From Hormoscilla sp. (GTDB lineage Bacteria > Cyanobacteriota > Cyanobacteriia > Cyanobacteriales > Desertifilaceae), in NCBI GenBank assembly GCA_051439505.1, contig JBFRWI010000208.1:16151-80150 (forward strand): DNA of 64,000 bases. The letters run 5' to 3'. The notes under the pieces are model-generated. The model was not told the DNA's origin. It was given only the letters and a program-made list of their open reading frames with translations, and made no database searches. This document shows, one piece after another, positions 17,607 through 27,775 of the stretch. The first letter of the stretch is position 1. Each line of letters starts with the position of its first letter. Both the position numbers and the translations under genes were made by a program.

Positions 17607-19511
17607 ATGAAAAGCAATTCCAATTATCCCGCTAACTCCAAACAATTACAACGTCTTCTGATCCTTTATTGGGCCCTGGCGAGTTTTGCTATCAGCGCCG
17701 TCGTGGCGCTGATGAGCATCATGCCCCTGTACAACCAATTGAAAAAACAGGAGGAAAGAAATCTCCAGTTCGCCGTTCATACCCGCACCATGACGGTCAA
17801 TCAATTCCTATCGGGCTCTAAAAATGTCGCAGAGCAGATTGCCAGCCGCACTAAAGCCCGTAAAATATTACAAGAATACAACAGGGGAACCCTCAGCATG
17901 GATGAGGTTGCCAAAGAAGTATCCAGCATCTTGACTGACGCCCTCAACCGGTCGTCCGATGTTGTCGGGATAACGCGCCTGGATGCAACGAGTAAGCTGA
18001 TCGCTCAGGTGGGGTTGCCAATTCCATCTGAATTTTGGTCGATACCGCCAGCGGGTTCTCAAGAGGTGTTGGTTTCCGAGCCGATCGGGCTACAGGAGGA
18101 GTCCTATTTAGTGGTGGGAGCCCCAATTATCAACCCTACCTCTAAAGGGCGGGTGGGAACGGACATCGTTTTGTTCAAGATTACTGGTTTACAACGGATT
18201 GTAACAAATTACAGGGGTTTGGGCAAAACTGGGGAAATCATTCTCGGCGCTGTAAAAAATAACCAAGTACAATTGTTTTTCCCCTTGCGAAATCTCCGAA
18301 AGGCATCTGTCAGTATGTTGTCCGCGATGGAAAAAGCCGTAGCATCAGGAGAAGCGCAGCTGCTGAAAGTCTCCACAGGATCGGAACAAACGGCGATCGT
18401 TGCCACTGAGCCAATTAAAAATAGCAACTGGGGGCTGGCTATCAAGATCGATCGCCGGGAGTTTTATGCGCCAGTCAATCGGCAACTGGTAATTGTCGCT
18501 ATCGCGATCGTATTTATGATTTGCCTGGGTACTGGCGGTGTCGTGCTGTTGCTGCGTCCCCTTGCCGATCGGGCGATCGTCCATATGGATGAATTAGAGG
18601 GACAAATTCAAGAAAAAATCCAGGAAGTGACGAATTTGCTTGCGGAAAAAACGGTTGCCTTGGAAGAACTCAAGCAGGCCCAAACTCAGTTGGTTCAGAA
18701 TGAGAAAATGGCAGCTTTGGGTCAGTTAATCGCCGGTGTTGCTCATGAAATAAATAATCCCACTAGCTTTATTTATGGTAATATTGCCCCAGCTACGGAC
18801 TATGCTTCCGACTTAATCGAAATGATTCAACTTTACGCGCAACATTATCCTCACCCGAGTCCGGAAATTAAATCAGCGGCTGAAGAAATAGAGTTGGAAT
18901 TCCTGATCGAAGATTTTCCTAAACTATTGGCGTCCATGAAAGTAGGGGCCGATCGCATCAGGGAGATAGTCCAGTCCCTGCGGAACTTCTCGCGCTTAGA
19001 TGAAGCAGAAATGAAACAGGTAGATATCCATGAAGGCATCGACAGCACCTTGATGATTCTCGAAAGTCGCCTCAAGGAAAAGCCCGATCGCCCCAGAATT
19101 GAAATCATCAAAAATTATGGGTTACTGCCTTTAGTGCCATGCTACCCCGGTCAGTTAAATCAAGTGTTTATGAACATCCTCGTCAATGCCATTGATGCTA
19201 TAGACGAGTTAAATCATCAAGAATTATCACAAACCAGTAAAATTTGCATTAGTACCAGTTTAGCAGAATCTGACCGGGTGGCGATCGAAATTAAGGATAA
19301 TGGACCGGGGATCCCCGAAACCGTGCAGAATCGTTTATTTGAACCTTTCTTTACTACCAAACCGGTGGGCAAGGGGACCGGTTTGGGATTATCTATTAGT
19401 TACCAGATTATCGTCGATCGGCACGGCGGGCAATTGCGCTGCATCTCCTCTCCTGATGCTGGCACTGAGTTCGCGATCGCCATTCCCCTGCGCCCCGAGG
19501 GTGCTTTGTAG
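17607..19511 (+). CDS. Membrane sensor histidine kinase with Cache-like extracytoplasmic domain
   Basis: Two TM segments; H-box AHEINNP, N-box NQVFMNILVNA, DNGPG, FFTTK and GTGLGL. Confidence 0.93.
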   Translation: MKSNSNYPANSKQLQRLLILYWALASFAISAVVALMSIMPLYNQLKKQEERNLQFAVHTRTMTVNQFLSGSKNVAEQIASRTKARKILQEYNRGTLSMDEVAKEVSSILTDALNRSSDVVGITRLDATSKLIAQVGLPIPSEFWSIPPAGSQEVLVSEPIGLQEESYLVVGAPIINPTSKGRVGTDIVLFKITGLQRIVTNYRGLGKTGEIILGAVKNNQVQLFFPLRNLRKASVSMLSAMEKAVASGEAQLLKVSTGSEQTAIVATEPIKNSNWGLAIKIDRREFYAPVNRQLVIVAIAIVFMICLGTGGVVLLLRPLADRAIVHMDELEGQIQEKIQEVTNLLAEKTVALEELKQAQTQLVQNEKMAALGQLIAGVAHEINNPTSFIYGNIAPATDYASDLIEMIQLYAQHYPHPSPEIKSAAEEIELEFLIEDFPKLLASMKVGADRIREIVQSLRNFSRLDEAEMKQVDIHEGIDSTLMILESRLKEKPDRPRIEIIKNYGLLPLVPCYPGQLNQVFMNILVNAIDAIDELNHQELSQTSKICISTSLAESDRVAIEIKDNGPGIPETVQNRLFEPFFTTKPVGKGTGLGLSISYQIIVDRHGGQLRCISSPDAGTEFAIAIPLRPEGAL

Positions 19512-19575
19512 GTCACCAGAGAGTGAAAAAGCCTGCGATCGGATATAATATAACTAATGATATTCTCATAAACTC

Positions 19576-20412
19576 ATGAAAGATTCGTCACGAGTTGACA
19601 AATGGTACAGGGAAGTAGCGGATAGCTGGACCTCAGAACAACGAAAAAGCTGGTACAGTGCCGTAGCTTCTGCCTACAACAGGACCAGACCTCGCTATCC
19701 CAAAGCTATGATATCACGGGTATTGGAGATAGCGCAACTCCCAGAGGATGCCAGGATTTTGGAAATAGGATGTGGTCCGGGGAATGCAACGGCAGCTTTT
19801 GGGAAATTAGGCTTGCAAATGGTCTGTCTAGAACCAAGTGAGCCAGCATGTCAGTTGGCGCGACAAAACTCTGCCCAGTATAGCAATGTCGAGATTAAGA
19901 ATACCAGCTTTGAGGAGTGGGAACTAGAGCCAAAGAGATTTGATGGGGTGTTAGCAGCAACGGCTTTTCATTGGGTTGCGCCCGAGAGAGGGTATCCCAA
20001 AATCACTGCGGCATTAAAAGCCAGAGGGGCTCTAATTTTACTCTGGAACACCTCAGCCCAGCCCCCCTATGAAGTTTACCAAATGTTAGATGAAGTCTAT
20101 CAGATCCACGCTCCATCTCTGGGACGATATGAAGACAGAAAAATTCAGTTAGCCAACCTGAACCAGTTTGTCCAGAAGGTGAAGGACTCAGGTTATTTCC
20201 AGGACTGGAATTCCGAAGATTTCCCCTGTGAAGTAACATATAGCATTGATGATTATTTGGCGCTGTTGAGTACCTACTCTCCCTACATCAACCTAGAGTC
20301 CCAGCAGCGAGATTTATTGTTTGCCGGTTTGAGGGAAACCCTAGAGAAGAACTGCGGCAATAGTATCCAACTCTCATATCTGTCAGCTTTTCAGCTTGCC
20401 AGCAAAAGGTGA
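19576..20412 (+). CDS. Class I SAM-dependent methyltransferase
   Basis: ILEIGCGPG, AATAFHW and the RPRYP N-terminal motif. Confidence 0.9.
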   Translation: MKDSSRVDKWYREVADSWTSEQRKSWYSAVASAYNRTRPRYPKAMISRVLEIAQLPEDARILEIGCGPGNATAAFGKLGLQMVCLEPSEPACQLARQNSAQYSNVEIKNTSFEEWELEPKRFDGVLAATAFHWVAPERGYPKITAALKARGALILLWNTSAQPPYEVYQMLDEVYQIHAPSLGRYEDRKIQLANLNQFVQKVKDSGYFQDWNSEDFPCEVTYSIDDYLALLSTYSPYINLESQQRDLLFAGLRETLEKNCGNSIQLSYLSAFQLASKR

Positions 20413-20628
20413 ATGTCATGGGTGGATATCACCAGTGATGGCAAAGCAAACAGTACAACCCACAAAATATTACCTCCGTATAAATACTTGTACGACTTGC
20501 CAAGGTTCCACCCATGTTACAAACATAATCCAAAAAGAAGTACAAAATTTTTGATGTCATCCTTTATATGTGAGATATAATGAAGTAGAACATTTGTAAT
20601 ACTACCTACGGTACCGGAGAACTTATCA

Positions 20629-21696
20629 GTGCAATTGAACGCAGTTGATTTAAGAGAGTCTCAACAAGAGGAACCCTCAACAGCAGTCCCAGAACTCCCA
20701 TTCACATTACAGCAGTTGAAAGCAGCGATTCCCGCCTATTGCTTTCAACCAAATGCGGGAAAATCTCTGTCCTACTTTTTTCTCGATATCGGGATTATTA
20801 CCGGTTTATATGCTGTGGCTCATAGTCTAGATTCCTGGTTTTTCTGGCCAATATTCTGGCTAATGCAAGGAACCATGTTCTGGGCACTGTTTGTTGTCGG
20901 ACATGACTGCGGGCATCGTTCCTTTTCCCGATACAAGTGGCTGAATGATACGATTGGTCATCTGGCTCATGCACCAATTCTAGTGCCATTCCACGGCTGG
21001 CGGATCAGCCATCGTACTCACCACCAAAATACAGGCAATATCGATACGGATGAAAGCTGGTATCCTCTAACAGAATCATTCTATGAGGAGACGCCTTGGT
21101 ATGTAAAGTTTGCCCGTTACGATATAGTGCTGTTTGGATATCCCATATATCTGTTTAATCGAACCCCTGGCAAGCAAGGCAATCATTTTAACCCTAGCAG
21201 CCCTCTGTTTAAGCCTTCAGATAAATGGGACGTGATCGTTAGCACGATTAGCTGTGTATTGATGGTGGGGCTGCTAGGCTTTCTGACTTATGAATGGGGC
21301 GTGATGTGGTTAGTAAAATACTATCTCGTACCTTATGTAGTGTTTGTAATGTGGCTGGGTTTAGTCACATATCTGCATCACACGGATCCAGATATTCCCT
21401 GGTATCGGGGCGAAGATTGGTATTTTCTCAAGGGTGCTTTGTCTACGATCGATCATGATTACGGGTTGATTAACAATATCCACCATAATATCGGCACCCA
21501 TGTAGTTCATCACTTGTTTTTGAGTATTCCTCATTATCATTTGCTGACAGCAACGGAGGCGATCAAGCCTATTTTAGGGGATTACTACCGCAAGTCAGAA
21601 CGCTCAATTTGGCAAGCTTTCTGGCGTTCCCAAAAAACTTGCTATGTGGTGGCAGATATTGGCTCTCCAGTGTATTACAAACCCCCGAAAAAATAG
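20629..21696 (+). CDS. desB: Omega-3 (delta-15) acyl-lipid desaturase
   Basis: His boxes HDCGH, HRTHH and HVVHH; WALFVVGHDCGH is typical of FAD3/DesB. Confidence 0.92.
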   Translation: MQLNAVDLRESQQEEPSTAVPELPFTLQQLKAAIPAYCFQPNAGKSLSYFFLDIGIITGLYAVAHSLDSWFFWPIFWLMQGTMFWALFVVGHDCGHRSFSRYKWLNDTIGHLAHAPILVPFHGWRISHRTHHQNTGNIDTDESWYPLTESFYEETPWYVKFARYDIVLFGYPIYLFNRTPGKQGNHFNPSSPLFKPSDKWDVIVSTISCVLMVGLLGFLTYEWGVMWLVKYYLVPYVVFVMWLGLVTYLHHTDPDIPWYRGEDWYFLKGALSTIDHDYGLINNIHHNIGTHVVHHLFLSIPHYHLLTATEAIKPILGDYYRKSERSIWQAFWRSQKTCYVVADIGSPVYYKPPKK

Positions 21697-21809
21697 ACTA
21701 AAATAGGAGCTTAGTCTACAGACCCCACCCTCAAGGGTGGGGCTATACATTCCCTATCCGCCTGCGCGGGCTATTTGACGAGACAAATAATTACGATGAC
21801 GAGCTAGAG

Positions 21810-22010
21810 ATGGAATAGCAAGAGATTATCACAATTGAGCCTGGAAAACGCAACTGCTAGCCCTGTATTCGGGGGATGCGAATCACCGTATACGATATCT
21901 TGGAATATCTGGCAGGTGGCATGACGGAAGCGGAAATTATGGAAGATTTTTCTGAACTTACCTCAGAAGATATCAAAGCTTGTCTGGCTTTTGCGAGCGA
22001 TCGGGAATAA
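21810..22010 (+). pseudogene. DUF433 antitoxin pseudogene
   Basis: ME*QEIITIEPGKRNC*PCIRGMRITVYDILEYLAGGMTEAEIMEDFSELTSEDIKACLAFASDRE*, with two internal TAG codons. Confidence 0.85.
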
Positions 22011-22054
22011 TCTTAATGTTGCCATAGTGTAAAATCGAAGGGAGGGTGCATATT

Positions 22055-22297
22055 ATGAACGAAACAAATTTTGACGAGACCGATAATTTAGATGACGATC
22101 TAGATGCTGAGTACAACTTTTATGACAAGAAGGCGAAACATAATCGCTTTGCTATTTCTGCTGGAAAGCAACGGTTAAACGTTGTAGTTTTAGATGAAGA
22201 CGTAGCTAGAGTTTTTACAACTTCAGAATCGGTTAATAAGGCGTTAAGGGCGTTAATTGAGTCAATGCCACAAGCCGCAAATGACGACACAGCCTAA
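22055..22297 (+). CDS. Orphan BrnA-like antitoxin / hypothetical protein
   Basis: DDLDAEYNF..KAKHNRFA and VLDEDVARVFTTSESVNKALRALI pattern. Confidence 0.6.
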   Translation: MNETNFDETDNLDDDLDAEYNFYDKKAKHNRFAISAGKQRLNVVVLDEDVARVFTTSESVNKALRALIESMPQAANDDTA

Positions 22298-22660
22298 ACT
22301 CCTGTAGGTTGGGTTGAGGTACGAAACCCAACAGTACACGCTGTTAGCCCGCAGGGGGTTCAAACCCCCGAGTTACCAGGCGGGAGCCAGGTAACTCGGT
22401 AGGAGTCGGTTAAAACCGACTAATAAAATAATGCTTACAAGCGTAGGGTGGGCATCGCCCACCATTGAGCCAAAATTGATGCGCGATCTACCATATTATG
22501 TAATCAATTAATGTGTAAAAAAATATGCAAATTATCAAAAAAATATGCTTGTTAGGCATTGATAAGCACAGATAAATCCAGTTTAAGTTCCGCTTTGCCC
22601 CCAAACAAACCACCAGTTGTGATAGAATACCCATAACGATCAGTTTCAACCGTTAAAGAA

Positions 22661-22852
22661 ATGACTGCTTTAGCTGAAGAAATTCTTAATTCTTTTGATA
22701 AACTGCCCACCCCAGAACAACGGTCAGTTGGGCGAGAGATATTGAGACGGCTCGTCCATTTTGACCTGAGACCCTTGACAGATGAGGACTTGGTTTTAAA
22801 TGCGGAAGAGCTATTTTTAGCATTAGATCGACAAGAGGCGGAGCATGATTAA
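22661..22852 (+). CDS. Small antitoxin-like hypothetical protein
   Basis: 63-aa ORF with acidic C-terminus (PLTDEDLVLNAEELFLALD), overlapped by an aborted ATG ATT AAT CCT AGA. Confidence 0.55.
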   Translation: MTALAEEILNSFDKLPTPEQRSVGREILRRLVHFDLRPLTDEDLVLNAEELFLALDRQEAEHD

Positions 22853-23019
22853 TCCTAGAAACCCGGTTTCTGGTCACGCGCGCGATCGGGGGGCAAACCC
22901 CATAGGAGTTTCCTGTCATCGCAGTTCCTGTAAACTGCTCGCATATCGCCTGTGATAGAATCCCTGTCATGACCCGATCGAATGGGAAACCACCCTGACC
23001 AAAGCCTACGACGCCAACT

Positions 23020-24189
23020 ATGTCCCAAAATAATCGTAACTCCAATCCTATCTATCTGCTCGGGGCGATCGCAGGCATAATCAGTGCGATCGTCACTGTA
23101 CTGACTTACCTGGATATCAAACCTTCTTCCCTTATTCCTGCTACTGAGACAACAAAAGAGCCAACTTCTGCATCAACGAAAAAACCAACTCAAGGTCCTA
23201 CTCCCAGTTCGCCAACTCCTAGTTCTACCCCAAGGAGTCAACCAAAAGTCATCCCTGCCTCACGGGTTGACTGGAAAAAGGCGACTCTTGCCACAACCCT
23301 CAGCGGCCATTCAGGATCCTCCGTCTTATCCGTCGCGATCGGCCCTAATGGTAAAACTTTAGCCAGTGGCAGTAAAAACGGTATTATCAAAATCTGGAGT
23401 TTGGAGACATTTCGAGAAATTGCTACCCTCACCAGGCATTCAGGCCCTGTCTATTCCGTCGCGATCAGCCCCGATGGCAAGACTTTAGTCCGTGGCAGTT
23501 GGAAAACTATCAATCTCTGGAGCTTGGAGACATTCGGACTAATCGCTACTCTCACCGGGCATTCACACTCTGTCTATTCCGTCGCGATCAGCCCCGATGG
23601 CAAGACTTTAGCCAGTAGCAGTTCAGACAAGACTATCAAACTCTGGAGTTTGGAGTCATTGAGCGAAATCGCTAATCTCCCCTGGTGGCGGCGTTCACAG
23701 ATATTCTATTCCGTCGCGTTCAGCCCCGATGGCAAGACTTTAGCCAGTGGCAGTCAATACGGTGCTATCAGCATCTGGAGTTTGGAGAAATTGCAAGAAG
23801 AAATTTCTCTTCCTACCAGGTATCTTCAATCTATCTGGTCTGTCGCCTTCAGCCCTGATGGCAAGACTTTAGTCAGTGGCAGTAGTGACAAGACCATCAA
23901 AATCTGGAGTTGGGAGACATCCCGAGAAATTGCTCTCAAACCTTGGTTTTGGTCTTCAGACTACTCTGTAAAGTCCGTCGCGATCAGCCCCGATGGCAAG
24001 ACTTTAGCCAGTGGCAATTCTGACGGTACTATCAAACTCTGGAGTTTGGAGACATTTCGACAAATCACTACCCTCAAGGGGCATTCATCCTCTGTCAATT
24101 CTGTCGCGTTCAGCCCCGATGGCAAGACTTTAGTCAGTGGCAGTAGTGACGGGACTATCAAGATTTGGCGGACAAGATCGAGTAACTAA
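23020..24189 (+). CDS. Membrane-anchored WD40-repeat protein
   Basis: N-terminal TM helix, P/S/T-rich linker, seven SVA(I/F)xPxGKTL...IxIW repeats. Confidence 0.92.
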   Translation: MSQNNRNSNPIYLLGAIAGIISAIVTVLTYLDIKPSSLIPATETTKEPTSASTKKPTQGPTPSSPTPSSTPRSQPKVIPASRVDWKKATLATTLSGHSGSSVLSVAIGPNGKTLASGSKNGIIKIWSLETFREIATLTRHSGPVYSVAISPDGKTLVRGSWKTINLWSLETFGLIATLTGHSHSVYSVAISPDGKTLASSSSDKTIKLWSLESLSEIANLPWWRRSQIFYSVAFSPDGKTLASGSQYGAISIWSLEKLQEEISLPTRYLQSIWSVAFSPDGKTLVSGSSDKTIKIWSWETSREIALKPWFWSSDYSVKSVAISPDGKTLASGNSDGTIKLWSLETFRQITTLKGHSSSVNSVAFSPDGKTLVSGSSDGTIKIWRTRSSN

Positions 24190-24236
24190 AAGGGAAAAGT
24201 GGGAAAGGTGGTTCGCCACGGCAGAGAAGAGATAAT

Positions 24237-24572
24237 CTAACCAACAGCGTAGGGAGTAAACTTCCGCATAAACGGAGAATGAAACCCGATAACTATGTCC
24301 TGGTTGTCTACGCCTCTTGCTACTAATTCAGCCGCCAAGTCTATCTCCGTTGCATTCCACTGAATCCAGATTTTTTCATCTTTGATATCCAAATGAATTA
24401 TACAACTATGTATCCAGGTTTGCCGGTCCCAACCCAGGTAAACAATTTGGTAATGATTCCGTTCGACATCGAAAATCGTTTCAACTTCTATTTCACCATG
24501 TGCGGGCTTGTGTTGACTGTAATCTAATAACAATTCTTGAATGCAATGACGATATGCTTCTAGTTTTTCCAT
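24237..24572 (-). CDS. XisI-family protein
   Basis: FDVERNHYQIVYLGW, IIHLDIKDEKIWIQ, DIVIGFHSP and YAVG. Confidence 0.9.
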   Translation of the reverse strand: MEKLEAYRHCIQELLLDYSQHKPAHGEIEVETIFDVERNHYQIVYLGWDRQTWIHSCIIHLDIKDEKIWIQWNATEIDLAAELVARGVDNQDIVIGFHSPFMRKFTPYAVG

Positions 24573-24598
24573 TGGACGAGTAACTCCTCTTCAGCCGA
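24560..24598 (-). pseudogene. XisH C-terminal remnant
   Basis: SAEEELLVQWKN* overlaps the xisI start, as in xisH-xisI pairs; the rest is replaced by repeats. Confidence 0.55.
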
Positions 24599-25020
24599 AT
24601 GCAACGCAAATAACATATATTGGTTGGGTTTGGTCTCCTGGCCCGCCGTGGGTTCAAACCCACGGCTAATAGCTAAAGTGGGTTAAAACCCACTGGAAGC
24701 ATTATCGCTGACAGGATTTAGTCTACAATCTTGAAAAATATTCGGTACATTCGGTACCTTATGCTGCACGGATGCGAGGGGAGGCGGGAGCCTCAGAAGA
24801 GCCTTCCCAGGTAGCACCCGTCGCAGAGGGGAAATTATATAACATATATTGGTTGGGTTTCGTGCCTCTACCCAACCTACAGGCGATCGCCATATTTTGA
24901 AAGAAAAAATTACAATTGTTTAATCATTATCTTTTCTCAGTCGGTTTCAACCGACTTTAGCTATTAGCCGGGGGTTTGAACCCCCGGCGGGCTAACAGCG
25001 AAGTGAGAAGTGAATTGTAA

Positions 25021-26613
25021 TTAATCGACCTCAGACTCAGACAAAGTCAAAGTCAAAGGTAAATTTGGTTCTACAGGTAGAGAAGCAACAGATTCTGTCT
25101 GGACGATCGCGGCTTGGAGGAGGGGAGTGCGAGAGATAGAATCATTAGCGATAGTAAAGAGGGGGTTAGAAAGAATGCCCCCCAGAGAGGTAGCAATCAA
25201 AGACAGCACCAAACCCACTTGTAAAGGTCGCATACCGGGAATATTCCAGCGCACTTCCGGGTAATTTTTCACCGCCTCGGACATTTCCTGGGGTTCCTTG
25301 ACCACCATCATCTTGACAACGCGGATGTAATAGTAGATGGAAACCACGCTAGTAACTAACCCCAGAATCACCAAGGCGTAAAGTCCAGCTTGCCAACCTG
25401 CCCAGAACAGGTAAATTTTCCCGAAGAAACCAACCAAAGGCGGTATCCCTCCCAAGGAAAGCAGACAGATGCTTAACCCCAAAGTCAGCAGCGGGTCTTT
25501 TTGATATAAACCGGCATAGGCGCTAATTTGGTCGCTACCCGTCCGCAGGGAGAAGAGGATCACGCAGGTGAAGCCCCCTAAATTCATGAATAGGTAAACT
25601 ATCAGGTACAAGACCATGCTGGAATATCCCGCTTGGGTGCCTGCCAGAAAACCAATCATCACGAAACCAGCTTGACCGATAGAAGAATAAGCCAATAGTC
25701 GCTTCATGCTAGTTTGGGCCAGGGCGACCACGTTACCCAAGACCATGCTGAGAACCGCCAGGGCCGTAAAGACCAAATGCCATTGTTCCGATACCGGGGG
25801 AAAGGCCGTCAGCAGCAGACGGATGGCCAGGGCGAAACCTGCCGCCTTGGAACCTACCGAGAGGAAGGCCACTACCGGGGTGGGAGACCCTTCGTATACG
25901 TCCGGCGTCCATTGGTGGAAGGGGACCGCCGAGATCTTAAAGCCGATACCGGCGATAACAAACACCAGGGCGATGACTAAACCGATATTAGAACCGCCGC
26001 TGCTATCTGCTATCTGGGATGCGATCGCGCCCAGAGTGGTCTCGCCGCCAGACAAACCGTATAATAAGGAGGTGCCGTAGAGGAAGATAGCGGAACTGGC
26101 CGCGCCGATCAGCAGGTATTTCAAAGCCGCTTCATTGGAACGGGGGTCGCGCTTCAGGTATCCAGTCAGCAGGTAGGAAGAGATACTGAGGGTTTCCAGG
26201 GAGACAAAGATCGTCACCAACTCGTCGGCACCGGAGAGAAACATGGCTCCCAGGGTGGCGGTGAGCAAAATGCTGATAAATTCTCCCAAGGCACTGCCCG
26301 TCTCTTCCACGTAGGTAACGGACATTAAAATAGTCACCAGAGCTGACAGGGCGATGATACCCCGAAAGATTACGCTCAGGGCATCGCCGTTAAAGCTTCC
26401 CAGAAAAGCGATCGGGTTTTCCGTATCCCATTGGAAATACAGGGCGACGATCGCACCTGCCAGTCCCGCGATCGCGAGATAGGGAGTCCAGCGAGAGGAG
26501 GATCTGCCAGCTATGAGGTCCGCCATCAATACCGCCAGGAGAGTTGCGATCACGATCATCTCTGGCAAAATCGTCCCAGCGTTGAGCTGGGCAGCAAGTG
26601 TAGCAAAATCCAT
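25021..26613 (-). CDS. ndhB: NAD(P)H-quinone oxidoreductase subunit 2 (NdhB)
   Basis: [31 protein letters not shown] and KRLLAYSSI. Confidence 0.97.
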   Translation of the reverse strand: MDFATLAAQLNAGTILPEMIVIATLLAVLMADLIAGRSSSRWTPYLAIAGLAGAIVALYFQWDTENPIAFLGSFNGDALSVIFRGIIALSALVTILMSVTYVEETGSALGEFISILLTATLGAMFLSGADELVTIFVSLETLSISSYLLTGYLKRDPRSNEAALKYLLIGAASSAIFLYGTSLLYGLSGGETTLGAIASQIADSSGGSNIGLVIALVFVIAGIGFKISAVPFHQWTPDVYEGSPTPVVAFLSVGSKAAGFALAIRLLLTAFPPVSEQWHLVFTALAVLSMVLGNVVALAQTSMKRLLAYSSIGQAGFVMIGFLAGTQAGYSSMVLYLIVYLFMNLGGFTCVILFSLRTGSDQISAYAGLYQKDPLLTLGLSICLLSLGGIPPLVGFFGKIYLFWAGWQAGLYALVILGLVTSVVSIYYYIRVVKMMVVKEPQEMSEAVKNYPEVRWNIPGMRPLQVGLVLSLIATSLGGILSNPLFTIANDSISRTPLLQAAIVQTESVASLPVEPNLPLTLTLSESEVD

Positions 26614-26732
26614 AGGTTCTATGAGTTTTTGTCTATGTTCCGTGGGTCAGTCAACTTAACATTCCTTATCATATAGGCGATCGGGGATTTTGTGAAGAGT
26701 CGCGGCCCAGAAACCGGGTTAGTGAAGTATGG

Positions 26733-26942
26733 TTATACCCTTAACTCCGGTCGAGACGGATGTTCTGGGTTTGGCAATAATCCCTGTCCCTGACAGTCTA
26801 CATGCAGATCCGTCTTCCCCAAAATAGTTTGTCCAATAAGTACAATGTCCCCTAACACCAGGGCCTCTTGCAGAGTCGATCGCCCCAGGATCTCCACTTC
26901 TACTGCTTCTGTTTCTCCTTCCCAGATGAGAGGCGATCGCAT
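26733..26942 (-). pseudogene. Probable C-terminal fragment of a clan AA aspartic protease-like protein
   Basis: VLIGQTIL..TDLHVDC....LLPNPEHP tail; no N-terminal D-T-G motif. Confidence 0.45.
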
Positions 26943-27041
26943 CTTCTCTATTTTAAGTTAAATCTGTGTTGCCTACATTCTGGTGGGCGATGCCCACCCT
27001 ACATCTAACTGTGTCGCCAACCTTCTGGTGGGCGATGCACA

Positions 27042-27764
27042 CTAACTCTGCACCGAAAACTCATCTGGGTCAATGTCCCAATTCACCCATTTTATCGCAT
27101 CCCTCGCCGATCTTATATTAGGCGGGACTCGTATTGCATGAATATATCCCGTGCTGGGGCAAGTCATCTTTAACAGATGCATTCGTTCCCAATCTAAATT
27201 AGCGTTTATTCTCAATAACTCGTATTCTTGCCAAGTATCTAATGAAGTTGCTTTCAACTCCTGGCAAATGCGATCGTAACCTATTCCTTGAATTAACACT
27301 CGCCTCAGTTCCGCGTTCTCCTCTGATAATAGCCATTCTGCACGCCACTGTTCGGGATGCACCTGACCGTATGCTGCTGGTAATCTTACCCCATGATGGG
27401 CATAGACCCTGGACCCATCTGCAAATTCTATAGCAGGTTCTCCTTCTGCATGGATGCGTTGTTCGTTTTCCAAGCGGATAACCCGAGGCCGATCGCACAC
27501 CCAACAAACATTTCTAAAAGGAAAAATACAGCCACTATTTTTAGCCAGAGCTTTATACAATTCCCATACTTTTTGATTGTGAACGCAATTTAATACCTCA
27601 ACACAGAAGTCTATATAACTTACATTTACCTTAACTATGTTACTCAAGCGCAAATCTTCATTCATACTTATAATTCTTTCCAGTCCTCGGTTAACAAAAA
27701 CAAATAAGCTCCTATCTAGTCTTTCTCTTATACTTAAGTCTATTTGCATGGTGATTAATTGCAA
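27042..27764 (-). CDS. DUF6745-type protein, C-terminal half (continues 27776-28975 in the -1 frame)
   Basis: VCDRP..IRL..RIHAEGEPAIEFADG..VYAHHGV and ENAELRRVLIQGIGY...LLKMTCPSTG.IHAIRVPP...WVNWDIDPDEFSVQS. Confidence 0.75.
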   Translation of the reverse strand: MQLITMQIDLSIRERLDRSLFVFVNRGLERIISMNEDLRLSNIVKVNVSYIDFCVEVLNCVHNQKVWELYKALAKNSGCIFPFRNVCWVCDRPRVIRLENEQRIHAEGEPAIEFADGSRVYAHHGVRLPAAYGQVHPEQWRAEWLLSEENAELRRVLIQGIGYDRICQELKATSLDTWQEYELLRINANLDWERMHLLKMTCPSTGYIHAIRVPPNIRSARDAIKWVNWDIDPDEFSVQS

Positions 27765-27775
27765 AAGGATTTCTC

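Noticed and set aside
20596..20609. NtcA box (GTA-N8-TAC) before desB
   Set aside because: Only the minimal 6-nt consensus matches and it lies downstream of the likely -10; expected by chance.
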